A stretch of DNA of 64,000 nucleotides. It comes from Callorhinchus milii (lineage: Eukaryota). The notes under the pieces were generated by a model. The model was not told the origin of the DNA. It saw only the letters and a program-made list of their open reading frames with translations, and did not search any database. Positions 37,001 to 50,022 of this stretch are shown here, piece by piece. A program made the translations under genes and the position numbers. The DNA lies in assembly GCF_018977255.1 (NCBI RefSeq), contig NW_024704742.1, forward strand, positions 51,276,001 to 51,340,000, given 5' to 3'. Numbering within the stretch: position 1 is the stretch's first letter; each line of letters opens with the position of its first letter.

Positions 37001-40000
37001 GTCAAAATATGTGTCAACGGTCAAAGCATTACACATTACAATGCAGTGCACTTGTAAATCAAATAGAAATACTGGCTTAATCGACTTCAGCTGCTGATTT
37101 CTGCTAGAAGCATGTGTGTGTGTATGTGTACAAGGACAAAGCTGGACTTCCCTGTCACTCTGTGCAGTTGACAGTCAGGCAGCACTCATTGCTGCTTTAA
37201 CCCACAACTCAAAGGCAAGAGTGCTACCAACTGAACCAGGCTGACACCTTGGCACATCTTTCCTTAAAGAGCCAAGTGACACATCACACCTACATACCAA
37301 GATGTGATTGGATTGGTAGAACATATGTCAAGTTTATCTCAGAAATCCCCATTCTTCCTACCCTTGGGCTGATCATTTGAAGAGGCTGATTCTTTGCGGC
37401 TTATATTCTGTATGCATGGAACCTGAAGCCTACAGATAAATAAGAGCAGATTACAAGACCAGCATCTGAAGGGCCAACGGCTTCGCTCTCAACATTTTCC
37501 TAATATAAAGATCACTTCGCCAACAATTAACAGTAGAGTCGACAAATAGTTCCCATATAATGTAAGGACATTGTTTTCCATGATTCATTTATAAAGATAA
37601 GACTTATGCGGGTTTTCCTGTATATCTTTGTGCTACTTCAATTCTCAGGATCATCCCAGTTCCAATCAATAACAAACCACAATGTGGGAAAGAAACTGTT
37701 TAATCTCCCATGAGCAATCGTGGTAAGATAAGGATCTAACAGGTATAAACCAATGGTCTACCGCTCTTTAACGCAGCATAATCAACCCAATAATATGTTG
37801 TGCCACAGGGCTTCTCCTAAGTTACATTTTCAATTAAAAAAATTCTGTACCCTGTTTTATATAATAATGTGACTAGGTAACAGTCAAATTGTTGAATACA
37901 AATTATCATTCCTTGTAGATTTGGATTTTGTCTATTTTTCTTCTACCTTAATCATCGGTGCTAGCACAATCCAGCAGACCTAGACATAACTCATACATAG
38001 GATTAACTAGTATTCTATTAAGAAAACACTGCAGCTCACAATTGTGCCTAAAAGCAAATTCTACATGCTGGCAGTTTTACTAATCTCCCTGACCACAACA
38101 CCCCCCACAGCTTGGGCCCAAATCCCTGACTGTCCAGCCCCTTGGGACGACCTCCCGACATGAAAGGCGCTATACAAATGTAATTTTGTACCAAACATAA
38201 ACCTAATTCATGAGTAACATTTTCATTTGGCGGAGGTGTGAGCTGTATTGGGATTCTGAGATTGTGTCTTTAATGAATGCATTGATTGTAGGATCGCATT
38301 GGCTACCTCACTCTTTCAAAAGCAAAAACAATCAACAATTTCTATTGTGAATGATACAACTAAGGAGCTACAGAACACTAGCTACTCATCTGTAACAACC
38401 ATTTAGTTCACTAACTTGTGCTACAATGTCAAGAACCGACAGTACAAGGCTTGTTCAATACTGCAAACCAAAAGTTGACATCATGAAACTCAGTGTGAAC
38501 TGAACAGACTTATCAACAGAACACTCCAGGTAGCATAATGCCTGCTATGTACGACTGTACACTAGGTACATAGGTTGAGAACACAACGGTCCTTCACACC
38601 AACCATTTACAATAGTATGTCTGTCTCTCGGTGACCTTAGATCTTTTTACCAATAAGTCCAGAGTCTTCGAAATGAAATGGCAACTTAACCATTATTTTG
38701 AACCTACTTGGTCTACTGTAAAGTACAGAGCTGGTACGTGGGGAGTTCTTGTCTGGTATGAATAAGACCATTCACCAGAGCTGTAGTGCTAACAGCTGTG
38801 GCTAAAAATGTGGTTGTGTTTGAGGAAGATTCGGCCGGTTGCCTGTAAGGCAAAAGTCAGAGCACCATTCATTGCTGTCCACCCTAAAAGCAAAAATGAG
38901 GTTCTATTTCTCTCACCACTTCTCAATGGTTCTCCCAGATTCTTCCTTTTCAAGAAGTCATTGCACGATCTATGTTAGTATGCAGAATAGTGTTGAGGTG
39001 GAGCCTATTCTACAGCAATAGAATAAAAAAAAATTCATTCCAGAATTCGAATACGAACAAAGACGAATATACCAGCAAAACAGACTTGCAGGTTTACAAA
39101 AAGTGTGTATTTGCATGAATACCTTCAAAATATCTGGTGTTTAGTGGTGAGATGAAAACAATTTGTTGCATCTACTTGTTTGGATAGTAATCGGTGTTTG
39201 TTTCAAAACATGCTTCAGCTAAAAGGGAAATTGTAAAACACAGCTTGGAAAGTCCCCATTATAAGTGCTAACAAAATTCAGTGTTCAGCAATGGCGCACA
39301 AGGCTTGTAGATTTTAAAATAGTTTACACCATTGGTGAATGTCAACTTGCCACAATCTGACCTCTACAAATGGAGTTGATGTGGCACACTCGATACTGCT
39401 ACTTGCTGTGCCACTAAATGATTGCATGCAGTTTTGTGGTGTTTTCCCACACCGTAAGATGTTGGCCTTGGCCAGGGTGACAGCGGATGGAGAGGAAGCA
39501 GGAAGCTAATCATCCTAGCCTCCTCATGTATGTATCAGCCAAATCAAAAGTGGCACTAGGGGCAGGTTATTCAAACAGAATATGGTGTGCAGGACTGTAG
39601 ACTTAAGAAAAACAGCACTCTAAAAATTAGGACTGTTTTTTAAAAAAAATTGAAAGACCAACTCAACACGTGCACAGATCTACCAACTTTATATTGTAAA
39701 ACTTCTCTGTAAATTACTAAAACAGCTAGCTAAATTCTCAGCACAATTATTATTATACAAATGCATGAGTTTGCAAGGTGCTGAACATAACCCACAGGAT
39801 GCGGTAACAGCAAACCTCAGTCGTTGGGCATTCAATTTAGTCAAACATTAACCTTCCAGCTAAATAAAGTAGAAGGTGAAAATATATTTCTATTAATGGA
39901 GTCAGAAAGGAAGCTCTGCACAGCAATGTTTGGACAAAGATGTAAGCACTAACATTTGTGCTGGGCAGGCAGCCCTCTGGTATTTTGGTCAATCAGTAGG

Positions 40001-40186
40001 TTTGAAGTGCTGTCCTTCAGACTAAATGTCAACTAAGGTTCGTTCTACCTGTTCTGGGGTTTCAGAAGGTACTGAAGACTCCACACACTATTCTAATGAA
40101 GAGCAGGGTCACCCACTTTCCTGGTTAATACAGCTTCCCCCATTCAAAATTATTGTTTTTCAAAAAAGATGAAATGCACCCATTCA

Positions 40187-40510
40187 TAATAATAATAATA
40201 ATCCTTGCATTTGATATAGCGCTTTTCACGTCGGGAGGACGTCCCAAAGCGCTTCACAGAACACACTGTAAAGTGAATTGACTGTGTATTTGTGGGCGAA
40301 CGCGGCAGCCAATTGCGCACAGCAATGTCTCACAAACAGTCGTAGATTGAAAATGACCAATTTATTATTGTTTTTGGTTTTGGAGGGATTATTATTAGGC
40401 TCTGTGTGGAGTAAGGAAACTTGCCCAAGGTTTCGCCCTCTGCCTGGAATTGAACTCAGGTCTCTCGCTTGCAAAGCGAGTGCTCTAACCACTGAGCTAC
40501 AGGACTCCAC
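40187..40510 (-). mobile_element. Young-subfamily tRNA-derived SINE
   Basis: Nearly identical to 28127-28446 and 54977-55302; intact A/B boxes; (TAA)n tail on the + strand. Confidence 0.95.
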
Positions 40511-41237
40511 GCTTCATGCTGTTTAACTGGTATTTATCGATCCCTCCAAGTCTGACTTATGAGTCAAACAGGCTGGTTAACAATGATCAATACTTGCAGG
40601 TCTCCATAACTCCTTAGTCAGTTCAATGCCACATACATCACATTCAACTTCCTAACAGACTTTTTGAACAATAAAGACACAGTGTGAATTGTGCCAACCT
40701 CACTCTTTAGGACACAAACCCAGGAGGTTCTGGTCCCAAAGCCAATACTCAACCAATTGAGCTACCTACGAAATTAAAAAAAACTGACCACCACACTTAA
40801 CTTAATTCCATACTGAATGCAGTTGAACCTTATGTTGAAATTGTGACTGAAAACCTTGGGAGTAACATTTGTCTAGTACACACAACTTATCTGCCCACGT
40901 GCATAATATTTTGTTTGCAGTTAACAATTGGGTCTGTCAACCATTGACATAAAGGTTGCAGAAAGTTAAATTTTGTGTTGGTAAACCCACACCTTTTATT
41001 TAAGTTTGTAAGATTTTTAAAACAAGGAACAAAAAAAAGCAAAAAACACAAATTACTTAGATGGGTAACCTAAGGACAGAAAAAGCAACTCTTTAACTTT
41101 GTACTTTAGAGATAGTTTTTTTTCAAGGGTATTTTGCAGTTTGAAACTTGACTTAACTTGCCCGCTTCAAACATAAATCACAAGATGTGAAAAAAATTAA
41201 AGGCTTTGTTCACAGGTGCTTGCTCCACATATATCAC

Positions 41238-42215
41238 TAACAACAACAACAAAATTACATTTATAGAGCGCCTTTCACAACACACATAAGGAGCTGGAGA
41301 GTCAGGGGTCAGGATCCGAGCACGGGGGAGGGGTGGGGTAGGGGTGAGGGAAGGCAGAGGGGTGGGAGGGCGACTGAAGGCACGATCAAGGAGGAGGGTC
41401 TTGAGACCGGCCTTGAAGGGAGGAAGCGAGGCAAAGGGACAGTGGGATGGAGCTCCAGAGTATGGAGGCAGAGAGGTTGAAAGCTTGGCCCCCGATGTGT
41501 GTGCGCGGCTGCAGGTCGGGCGGGATACATGGAGCAAGCCAGAGCCCGCTGAATGGAGGGAGTGGGCAGGTTGGTCGGGAGTCAGCAGGACAGGGAGGTA
41601 GGACGGGGTAAGGCCATGGATGGCCTTGAAACTGAGGACAAGGATATTGAATTCGATCCTCGGGGGGATGGAGCCAGTGGAGTCAGGCGAGGGTGGGAGT
41701 GAGGCGGTGTTGCGGAGGTGGTGGTAGGCAGTGCCGGTCATGGCGCGGATGAGATAGGAAAGGACAGTTTGGGGTCAAATACGACACCCAGGTTCCTGAC
41801 TGGCTTAGTGAGGTTGAGTGTGCAGCTGTGGATTCTGATGCCGCCAGCGCCTGAGGTGCGGAGGCGCTGGTGTGAGCCAATCAGGAGGGCCTCGGTCTTG
41901 CTGACGTTCAGTTGGAAAACGTTGTCCTTCGTCCAGGACTTGATGTCGGACAGGCAGTTGGTCAGGATGTCAGTGACCCTGGAGTTCAGGGTAGAGGCAG
42001 AGAGATAGATTTGGGTGTCATCCGCATACATGTGGCAATTTACCCCATGTCCGTGAACGATTTCACCAAGAGGGAACATGTAGAGGGTGAAGACAAGGGG
42101 ACCGAGGACAGAGCCCTGAGGAACGCCGCACGAGACAGTACGGGTCTGAAGGAGAAGCCGTTTGCAGAGACGAAGTGGAGGCGGTGTGAAAGGTAGGACC
42201 TGAACCAGTCAGATT
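41238..42215 (-). mobile_element. L2 3' fragment
   Basis: [28 protein letters not shown]; (TTG)n tail. Confidence 0.93.
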
Positions 42216-43109
42216 GTGCGTAATTCATCCAACCTAAAAACTGAGATGCTGCTCAACATCAGTTTGGAATGGAATCTGAATTTGCAGAGAGCTTAATTGC
42301 TCCGAGATACAAGCCACGCAAAGAGCACCACACAAATGTAAGTTGTTGTTGGAATTAGTGACAAAGAAGTTAAAGTTAGCCCCTGCCTTAACTGAGTACA
42401 TTGAGAAATGTAATTACAATGAGGCTCGGTCGAGTGTAACACTAACACACATCAGGACCATACTCACCAGCAAATGTGCACACGACTATACCCAGAACAG
42501 CAGAACAACCTCAACAAGCACACAAAGGTCTGACAACCATATGTGAACGGGCAAACATCATACCCAAACCAGACAAGAATGTACATACATAAACTTCAGA
42601 ACGAGACCTAAAATCTCACCCAAACAAACAAGAGTCATACAGAGAAACCATAAACATCTTACATACCACAGATCAGTGAGTTGATGGAAGCTTACACACC
42701 GACACATACACACACACACACACACATCAAGGCTCGGCAGTGTGCACATACATGCATAGACACACCACATGAGGGTCACATCAGAGCCAGTACAGTGTAA
42801 ACATTCTCAAGCACACATCACATACAGGACAGTGAATACACACGAGTCATGACAGTGTAAACATTGACATACGCATTTCAAAACCAGACCCAGGGCAGTC
42901 TAAACACTGACAGGCGCACACACCAGAGCACAGGCACAAGACAGTGAGACAGTGAGCGCGCAGAAGCCAGGACAGGGACAACCCGGTATGTAAAGTATAA
43001 CTCGAGTTTTGTAACGGTCTGGAATCAGTGACAAAGGCAGAGAAAGCAAAGAAGGCCCCGACTGAGTGCAATTATAGAGAAATACACAATGGGGCCTCGA
43101 CCAGAGCAA

Positions 43110-45990
43110 CACACACAGCCCCACACACACACACACACCCACACACACACCCACACACACACAGCCCCACACACACACACACACACCCACCCACACACAC
43201 ACCCCCCACCCCCAAACACACCTCCCCCCCCACCACACCCCCCCCACCACACCCCCCACACACACACCCCACACACACACACACCCCCACACACACCCAC
43301 CCCCACACCACACCCCCCCACCACACCCCCCCCACCACACCCCCCCACCACACCCCCACACCACACCCCCACACCCACACACACACACACACCCACACAC
43401 ACCCCACACACACCCCCACACACACACACACACACACCCACACACACACACACCCCACACACACACCCACACCCACACACACACACACACCCCCACACAC
43501 ACACACACACACACCCACACCCACACACACACACACACCCACACACACACACACACCCACACACACAGCCCCACATACACAGCCCCACATACACACACAC
43601 CCACACCCCCCCACACACACAGCCCCACACACACACACCCCACACACACCGCCCACCCCCACACACACCTCCCCCCCCACCACACCCCCACCACACCCCA
43701 CACACACACCCACACACACACCCACACACCCCCACACACACACACACACACACCCCACCCCCCCACCCCCCCACACACCCACCCCCCCCACCCCCCCACA
43801 CACCCACCCCCCACACACCCCACACCCACCCCCCCACACACCCACCCCCCCACACACCCACCCCCCCACACACACCCACCCCCCACACCCACCCCCCCAC
43901 ACACACCCACACCCCCCACACACACACACCCCCCACACACACACACACACCCCCCACACACACACACACCCCCCACACACACACACCCACACACACACAC
44001 CCCCACACACACACACCCCCACACACACACACCCCCCAACACACACACACCCCCAACACACACACACAGCCCCAACACACACACACCCCCAACACACCAC
44101 ACCCCCCAACACACACACCCCCCAACACACACACCCCAACACACACACCCCCCACACACACACCCCAACACACACACCCCCCAACACACACACCCCCAAC
44201 ACACACACCCCCCCCCAACACACACCCCCCACAACACACACACACCCCCCAACACACACACACACACCCCCCAACACACACACACACACACCCCCCAACA
44301 CACACACACACACACCCCCAACACACACACACACACACCCCCAACACACACACACACACCCCCCAACACACACACACACACCCCCAACACACACACACCT
44401 CCCCCCAACACACACACACACACACACACACCCCCCAACACACACACACACACTCCCCAACACACACACACACACCCCCCAACACACACACACACACCCC
44501 CCAACACACACACACACACCCCCCCAACACACACACACACCCCCCAACACACACACACACCCCCCAACACACACACACCCCCCAACACACACACACCCCC
44601 CAACACACACACACCCCCCAACACACACACACCCCCCAACACACACACACACACTTGACACTCACACCCACCCCCCCACACACCCACCCCCCACACACCC
44701 ACCCCCCCACACACCCACCCCCCCACACACCCACCCCCCCACACACCCACCCCCCCACACACCCACCCCCCCACACACCCACCCCCCACACACCCACCCC
44801 CCCACACACCCACCCCCCCCACACACACCCCCCCCCACACCCACCCCCCCCCACACCCACCCCCCCCCACACCCCCCCCCCACACACACCCCCCCCCACA
44901 CACCCCCCCCCACACACACCCCCCCCACACACACACCCCCCCCCAACACACACACACTCCCCCCCAACACACACACACACCTCCCCCCAACACACACACA
45001 CACACCCCCCAACACACACACACACACCCCCAACACACACACACCCCCACACACACACACCCCCACACACACACACCCCCACACACACACACCCCCACAC
45101 ACACACACCCCCACACACACACACCCCCAACACACACACCCCCAACACACACACACCCCCAACACACACACACACCCCCAACACACACCAACACACATCC
45201 CCCAACACACACCCCAACACACACAGGCACACACACCCCAACACACACACACACACCCCCAACACACACACACACACCCCCCAACACACACACACACCCC
45301 CCAACACACACACACCCCAACACACACACAGCCCCAACACACACACCCCAACACACACACACAGCCCCAACACACACACACAGCCCCAACACACACACAG
45401 CCCCAACACACACACACCCCAACACACACACACACCCCAACACACACACACACCCCAACACACACACAATTCCAACACACACACACACCCCCAACACACA
45501 CACACCCCCCAACACACACACACCCCCCAACACACACACACACACCCCAACACACACACACACACTTGACATTCACACACACCCCCCAACCCACACACAC
45601 ACCCCAACACACACACCCCCAACACACCCCCACACACACACACACCCCCCAACACACACACCCCCCAACACACACACCCCCCAACACACACACAACCCCA
45701 ACACACACACACACCCCAACACACACACAACCCCAACACACACACACACCCCAACACACACACACACACCCCAACACACACACACACACCCCAACACACA
45801 CACACATCCCAACACACACACACACCCCCAACACACACACACACCCCAACACACACACACACACCCCAACACACACACACACCCCCCACACACACTCCAC
45901 ATACACACACACCCCCAACACACACACACACACACCCCCCCACACACACACACCCCCCAACACACACACCCCCCCACTTGACACTCACAC
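43110..45990. repeat. Complex (CA)n/Cn low-complexity array with CCCCAACACACA subunits
   Basis: About 2.9 kb almost entirely C and A on the + strand. Confidence 0.98.
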
Positions 45991-46305
45991 ACAGACGCTG
46001 GACGGAGCTCCCCTCAGGTTAAGGAGCTGCTGTCACGCTCTCCGGCTCTTTGTTCACTCTCACTCAGAGCCCGAGGCAGCCGGAGAGCCGCGCACACACA
46101 CACACACACACGCAGAGCCCCTCTCACCACCACCACCACCACCAGCAGCAGCAGCTTTGTTCGCTCTCCTCCCGCCGTCAGCTTTTCACGCCGGCGAGTG
46201 AGCGCCTGAAACGAGGTCCGGGACCGCGGTCCATCGCCTCCCGTCCCCCCACCACCACCACCGCCGCCGCCACCGCCGCGTGTAGCAGAGCAGAGCGGCT
46301 CGTAC

Positions 46306-46520
46306 CTGCGGCCCCGGGGCTGTGGTCCGCTCCGCTCCCCGCCTTTGTGTTGGGTCAGTGCCGCCTCCCACTGCTCTCAGTCCCCGGTGCTGACCCCGGC
46401 CTCCCTCCCGCCGCGCTGTGCCGGTCTGTCTGGGCCCTGGTGCTCGGCTCCTCGCTCCGCTCCTCTGTATCGCGGTCCTCACCACCGTCTCTCTCTTGGG
46501 TTTCGCTTTCTCCAGGATCG
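46306..46520 (-). other. FRYL: Candidate non-coding first exon of the divergent gene
   Basis: cag|gtacga donor at 46306/46305 (alternative |gtgagt at 45988); identity rests only on the head-to-head FRYL-OCIAD1 arrangement known in human; no FRYL coding sequence recognised. Confidence 0.4.
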
Positions 46521-46943
46521 CTCACCGCTGTGGCTCCCAGTCCCGCCCTCGGCCTCGCCTGATTGGTCCGCTGACGTCACCGCGCCAGGGCACGCCGCTC
46601 GCAGCCCTGGCCGGCGATTGGCCAACGGCGGCATCGATCATGTACGTCATAGCCTCGCGGCAGCTACTTCCGGAAGGGTGAGGAGCGCTTCCTGGCGGTG
46701 AGAAGGCGGGAACCCTGTCGCGGTACATGGAGGCTGGAATGGCCATCGCTTCCTGTGCTTGTCACGTGACTGTCTTCCGGTACACGGGGGAGGTGTGAGG
46801 ATCATGGGCGGCGGCGGTGGTTTCACTTCCGAGGTCAGGCGCCTGGCGCAGCAGCCACTGCTTCCGGGGAGGGGCGCGAGCTGGAGTCTGTTGGAGGAGA
46901 AGCTCGAGGTCGCGGCTCGTGCTTTACGCTGTAACGGTCGGAG

Positions 46944-47000
46944 ATGCAGTCAGAGTCCGACGGTTTGAGCGGCGCGGAGCGCGGCTCACCCTCACCACAG
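46944..47000 (+). CDS. OCIAD1: OCIA domain-containing protein 1, first coding exon (MQSESDGLSGAERGSPSPQ)
   Basis: ATG in the CpG island; cag|gtactg donor; phase 0 matches the next exon; poorly conserved sequence. Confidence 0.65.
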
Positions 47001-47002
47001 GT

Positions 47003-47352
47003 ACTGCCAGGCCCGGGGAGGGGGCACCGCCAGGCCCGGGGAGGGGGCACCGCCAGGCCCGGGGAGGGGGCACCGCCAGGCCCGGGGAGGGGGCACCGCC
47101 AGGCCCGGGGAGGGGGCACTGCCAGGCCCGGGGAGGGGGCACCGCCAGGCCCGGGGAGGGGCACTGCCAGGCCCGGGGAGGGGGCACTGCCAGGCCGGGG
47201 AGGGGGCACCGCCAGGCCCGGGGAGGGGGCACCGCCAGGCCCGGGGAGGGGCACTGCCAGGCCCGGGGAGGGGGCACTGCCAGGCCCGGGGAGGGGGCAC
47301 TGCCAGGCCCGGGGAGGGGGCACTGCCAGGCCCGGGGAGGGGGCACTGCCCA
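47003..47352 (+). repeat. 22-bp G-rich minisatellite, about 16 units
   Basis: (gccaggcccggggagggggcacY)n. Confidence 0.97.
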
Positions 47353-47449
47353 GGCGGGCGAGGCGAGCCAGGCAGGCAGAGCCGAGCAGGCGGGAGAGAC
47401 CGCGACAGAGCTGTGAGGAGCACAACAACCACCGCAACAACAACAACAA

Positions 47450-47857
47450 CAATAATCCTTTGCATTTGATATGGCGCCTCTCATCGCGTCTCCGAGACGC
47501 CCTCACGGAATACGCTGTCAAGTTATACTGTTGATTTCTGACTGTGCTCGTGGCGTAACGTGAATTGACTGCACATGTTGCGGGTGAAACGCAGCAGCCA
47601 GTTGCGCACCGCGGTGTCCCACAAACAGTCGCGGATCGAGTGACCAAATTATTATTTGGTTTTTTGGAAGGAATTGTCACCCCCCCCCCAGAAAAGTGAC
47701 CCGCCGATCGACTAACACCCAGGTTCCTACTTCCTGCTGTGTAAGCAGAGGCGCGCGGAGCAAGGAAACTCACCCGACGTATCGCCCGGCCGGGAACAGA
47801 ACCCGGGTCTCTCGCTTGCGAGGCGAGTGCTCTAACCACTGAGCTACAGGACTCCAC
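47450..47857 (-). mobile_element. tRNA-derived SINE, CpG-rich copy
   Basis: Full head, body and tail. Confidence 0.92.
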
Positions 47858-48149
47858 TAAGTCAAGTTAAGGTCCTGTCTGTCTGTTCAGACGGACATTC
47901 GAGATCCTATGGCACTGTTGGAAAAGAGAGTTTTTCCTCTCTCTCTCTCTCTCTCTCTCCCCGTGTCGCCGACAAGCCCCCCGATAAAATCACACTCACT
48001 CCGCTCACAGTGGGACATTGTGAGTTATGAAGCGCTTCGGGACTCTCAACCACGCGATCAGGCACTATATCAAATGCAAGGATTATTATTGTTATAATAG
48101 TGGGAAAAAAGAGCAGAGATAGGGGAAGCATAGAGAATTTTTTTTATGG

Positions 48150-48735
48150 TGTCTGCCACATGCGGAAACCCATCACCAAGCTCAGGAGTATCCAAACCAA
48201 GCTGAGATTTCCATGCCGTCCACCTACACGTGGAAATCCCAGAGATAGATTGTGGGAATGGAATGCGCGCTCGCTCCCTGGAGGGACACATCCTGCCCAC
48301 CTTATTCCGTAAAGTATTGGATGCAGGTTGGCAGGAGCGCCCCAGAGTATGTTGTGGTATCGATAAGAGTCTATCCAGCTAAAACCGCAAAGCTTGGTGA
48401 TGACATTGCTGTCTTACAAGCTTTCCCACTGCTTGCCCAGCTAGGACTACCCTACCTGTTAGGGTTTGGGCTTGCAGGGTTAACAGGAGCTTAGTCGGAT
48501 GGCTCCCTGCCCCTGGTGAGCTGGTCTGACCTTCAAATGCCGTACCTCCATGCTGATGAGCTGTGCTCTGCGCTGTCAGCAGTGCCCTGGGATACTGCTG
48601 CCCTCTCTGGCTCAGGGGCCTGATTACTGAGACTGCCACAGAGGGTGGGCTCGATTCCAGTATTCCATTGCCAAACATGTCACCTTGGAGCCAGTTTAAC
48701 CCCAAGGAGACCCCACTTACCCCCACCCCGAAGGA
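48150..48735. repeat. Unclassified interspersed repeat (homologous to 13665-14130)
   Basis: Colinear similarity, with about 100 bp of extra internal sequence. Confidence 0.85.
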
Positions 48736-48976
48736 TAGTCATTAGTTGGTCGTTTGACATTCAACAAGCAGGTGTTTGAGCCCTCACTAGGTCTACAGTA
48801 GGTAACAGGAACTTCCTGCAAGCTTGCCAGTGGGCAACACATCTCAGCATGAAAATCATGAGAGCATTGCCACCATCTTCCTGTACACAGCTCAGGCACA
48901 TGTTGTTTCCTATTAAGTAATGGTTCCACCAATTGGCGACGTGGTGTTTAAGCAGCAGCTGTTTGCCTCTCTGCAG

Positions 48977-49027
48977 GCCAATCAAGGTGGGTTCCAGGCG
49001 AAGTGTGTTCACGAACCCAGACTCCAG
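48977..49027 (+). CDS. OCIAD1: Possible 51-nt cassette exon (ANQGGFQAKCVHEPRLQ)
   Basis: ttgcctctctgcag| and cag|gtaaca sites; phase 0-0; no stop. Confidence 0.4.
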
Positions 49028-49332
49028 GTAACACCTTCCAGCAGAGAGACAGAGCAAAGCGAAGAGAGTAGCAAAGAGAGAGTGAAGCTGGAGTGGCTGG
49101 CGAAAGAGAGAAAGCGCAAAGCTGGGGGTAACTTGTTCAATTTGTATTTTGTAAACTAAGCAGGTGAATTAAAGAAATCTTTTAGAAAATAACATATAGA
49201 AGTGTTATGAGCCTCACATTCATCTTAGTTCTTTTATTATCATAACTGCTCACTTGTGTAATATACTAAATGTTATTGTATTCTCTTTCCTCCTGAGTGA
49301 ATGAATGAAGGATTTTTTTTATTGTGCTGCAG

Positions 49333-49417
49333 GATCCAATGAGTGGTTCGTACATTCCTACGGAAGATGAAAAGAGGGTCTTCAGAGAATGCAATGAAGA
49401 GAGTTTCTATTATAGAT
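49333..49417 (+). CDS. OCIAD1: OCIAD1 exon (DPMSGSYIPTEDEKRVFRECNEESFYYR)
   Basis: OCIA domain start; ag/gt boundaries. Confidence 0.96.
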
Positions 49418-49444
49418 GTAAGAATTTATTACTAATTTACTAAA

Positions 49445-50022
49445 AATTTACTATCCTTAATCCTGCTACTGTATAAATCATTGGTGAGACTATATTTAGA
49501 GTACTCTGTACAGTTCTGGTCGTCGCAGTACAAAAAAGATATTGGAGAAATGGAGAAGATACAGAGGAGGGCAACCAAAATGATTGAGGGAATGGAGGGA
49601 CTGGACTTTCAGGAATAAATTGGGCATGTTCATCCTGGAAAAGAGAAGATTGAGAGGTGACATGATTGCTATCTTTACGACTCTAACGGCTAGGCAATAT
49701 AGATCATGACAGGCTGCTTCAATTTGTCCAGAATAGTAAAATCAGAGGGCACGGCCTGCGATTGAAATTCAGAACAAATCTATGCAAACACTATTTCAGT
49801 GAGCAAATAGTGAACCTGTGGAACAGGCTCACTAGGGAGACAGTTTAAGCAGGATGTGTTGATTCTTTCAGACATGGATTAGATAGTTTTCTTTTAGGAA
49901 ATAACATTATGGGATTCAGTACATGGGTAGTTTGGGACATATGTGCACCGACCGCCAGGAAGGTGGAAGGTGAACTAGATGGACCTTGGTCTTTTTTTGT
50001 CTAGCATTTCTTATGTTCTTAT
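49445..50022 (+). mobile_element. CR1 3' fragment
   Basis: LYKSLVRLYLEYSVQFWS and LEKRRLRGDMI remnants. Confidence 0.88.

Larger units (their letters stand above)
46000..47000. promoter_or_regulatory. CpG-island bidirectional promoter
   Basis: High GC/CpG; GC box ~46542, ATTGG at ~46562 and ~46618, TGACGTCA 46572-46579, palindromic ETS CTTCCGGAAG 46667-46676, GTCACGTGAC 46761-46770. Confidence 0.88.

Noticed and set aside
40440..40510. tRNA-Ala(TGC)-like sequence (also at 4815, 18653, 28127, 55230)
   Set aside because: Each continues into a SINE body or tail; these are SINE heads, not tRNA genes
42900..46201. ORFs of 440-1057 aa (VCVG/HTP-rich)
   Set aside because: Artefacts of the stop-free CA/C repeat array
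47003..47352. CRISPR-like regular repeat
   Set aside because: Head-to-tail units without unique spacers, in a vertebrate intron
46817..47857. Long ORFs of 157-340 aa on both strands
   Set aside because: Produced by the GC-rich 22-bp VNTR and adjacent SINE; only 46944-47000 is considered coding
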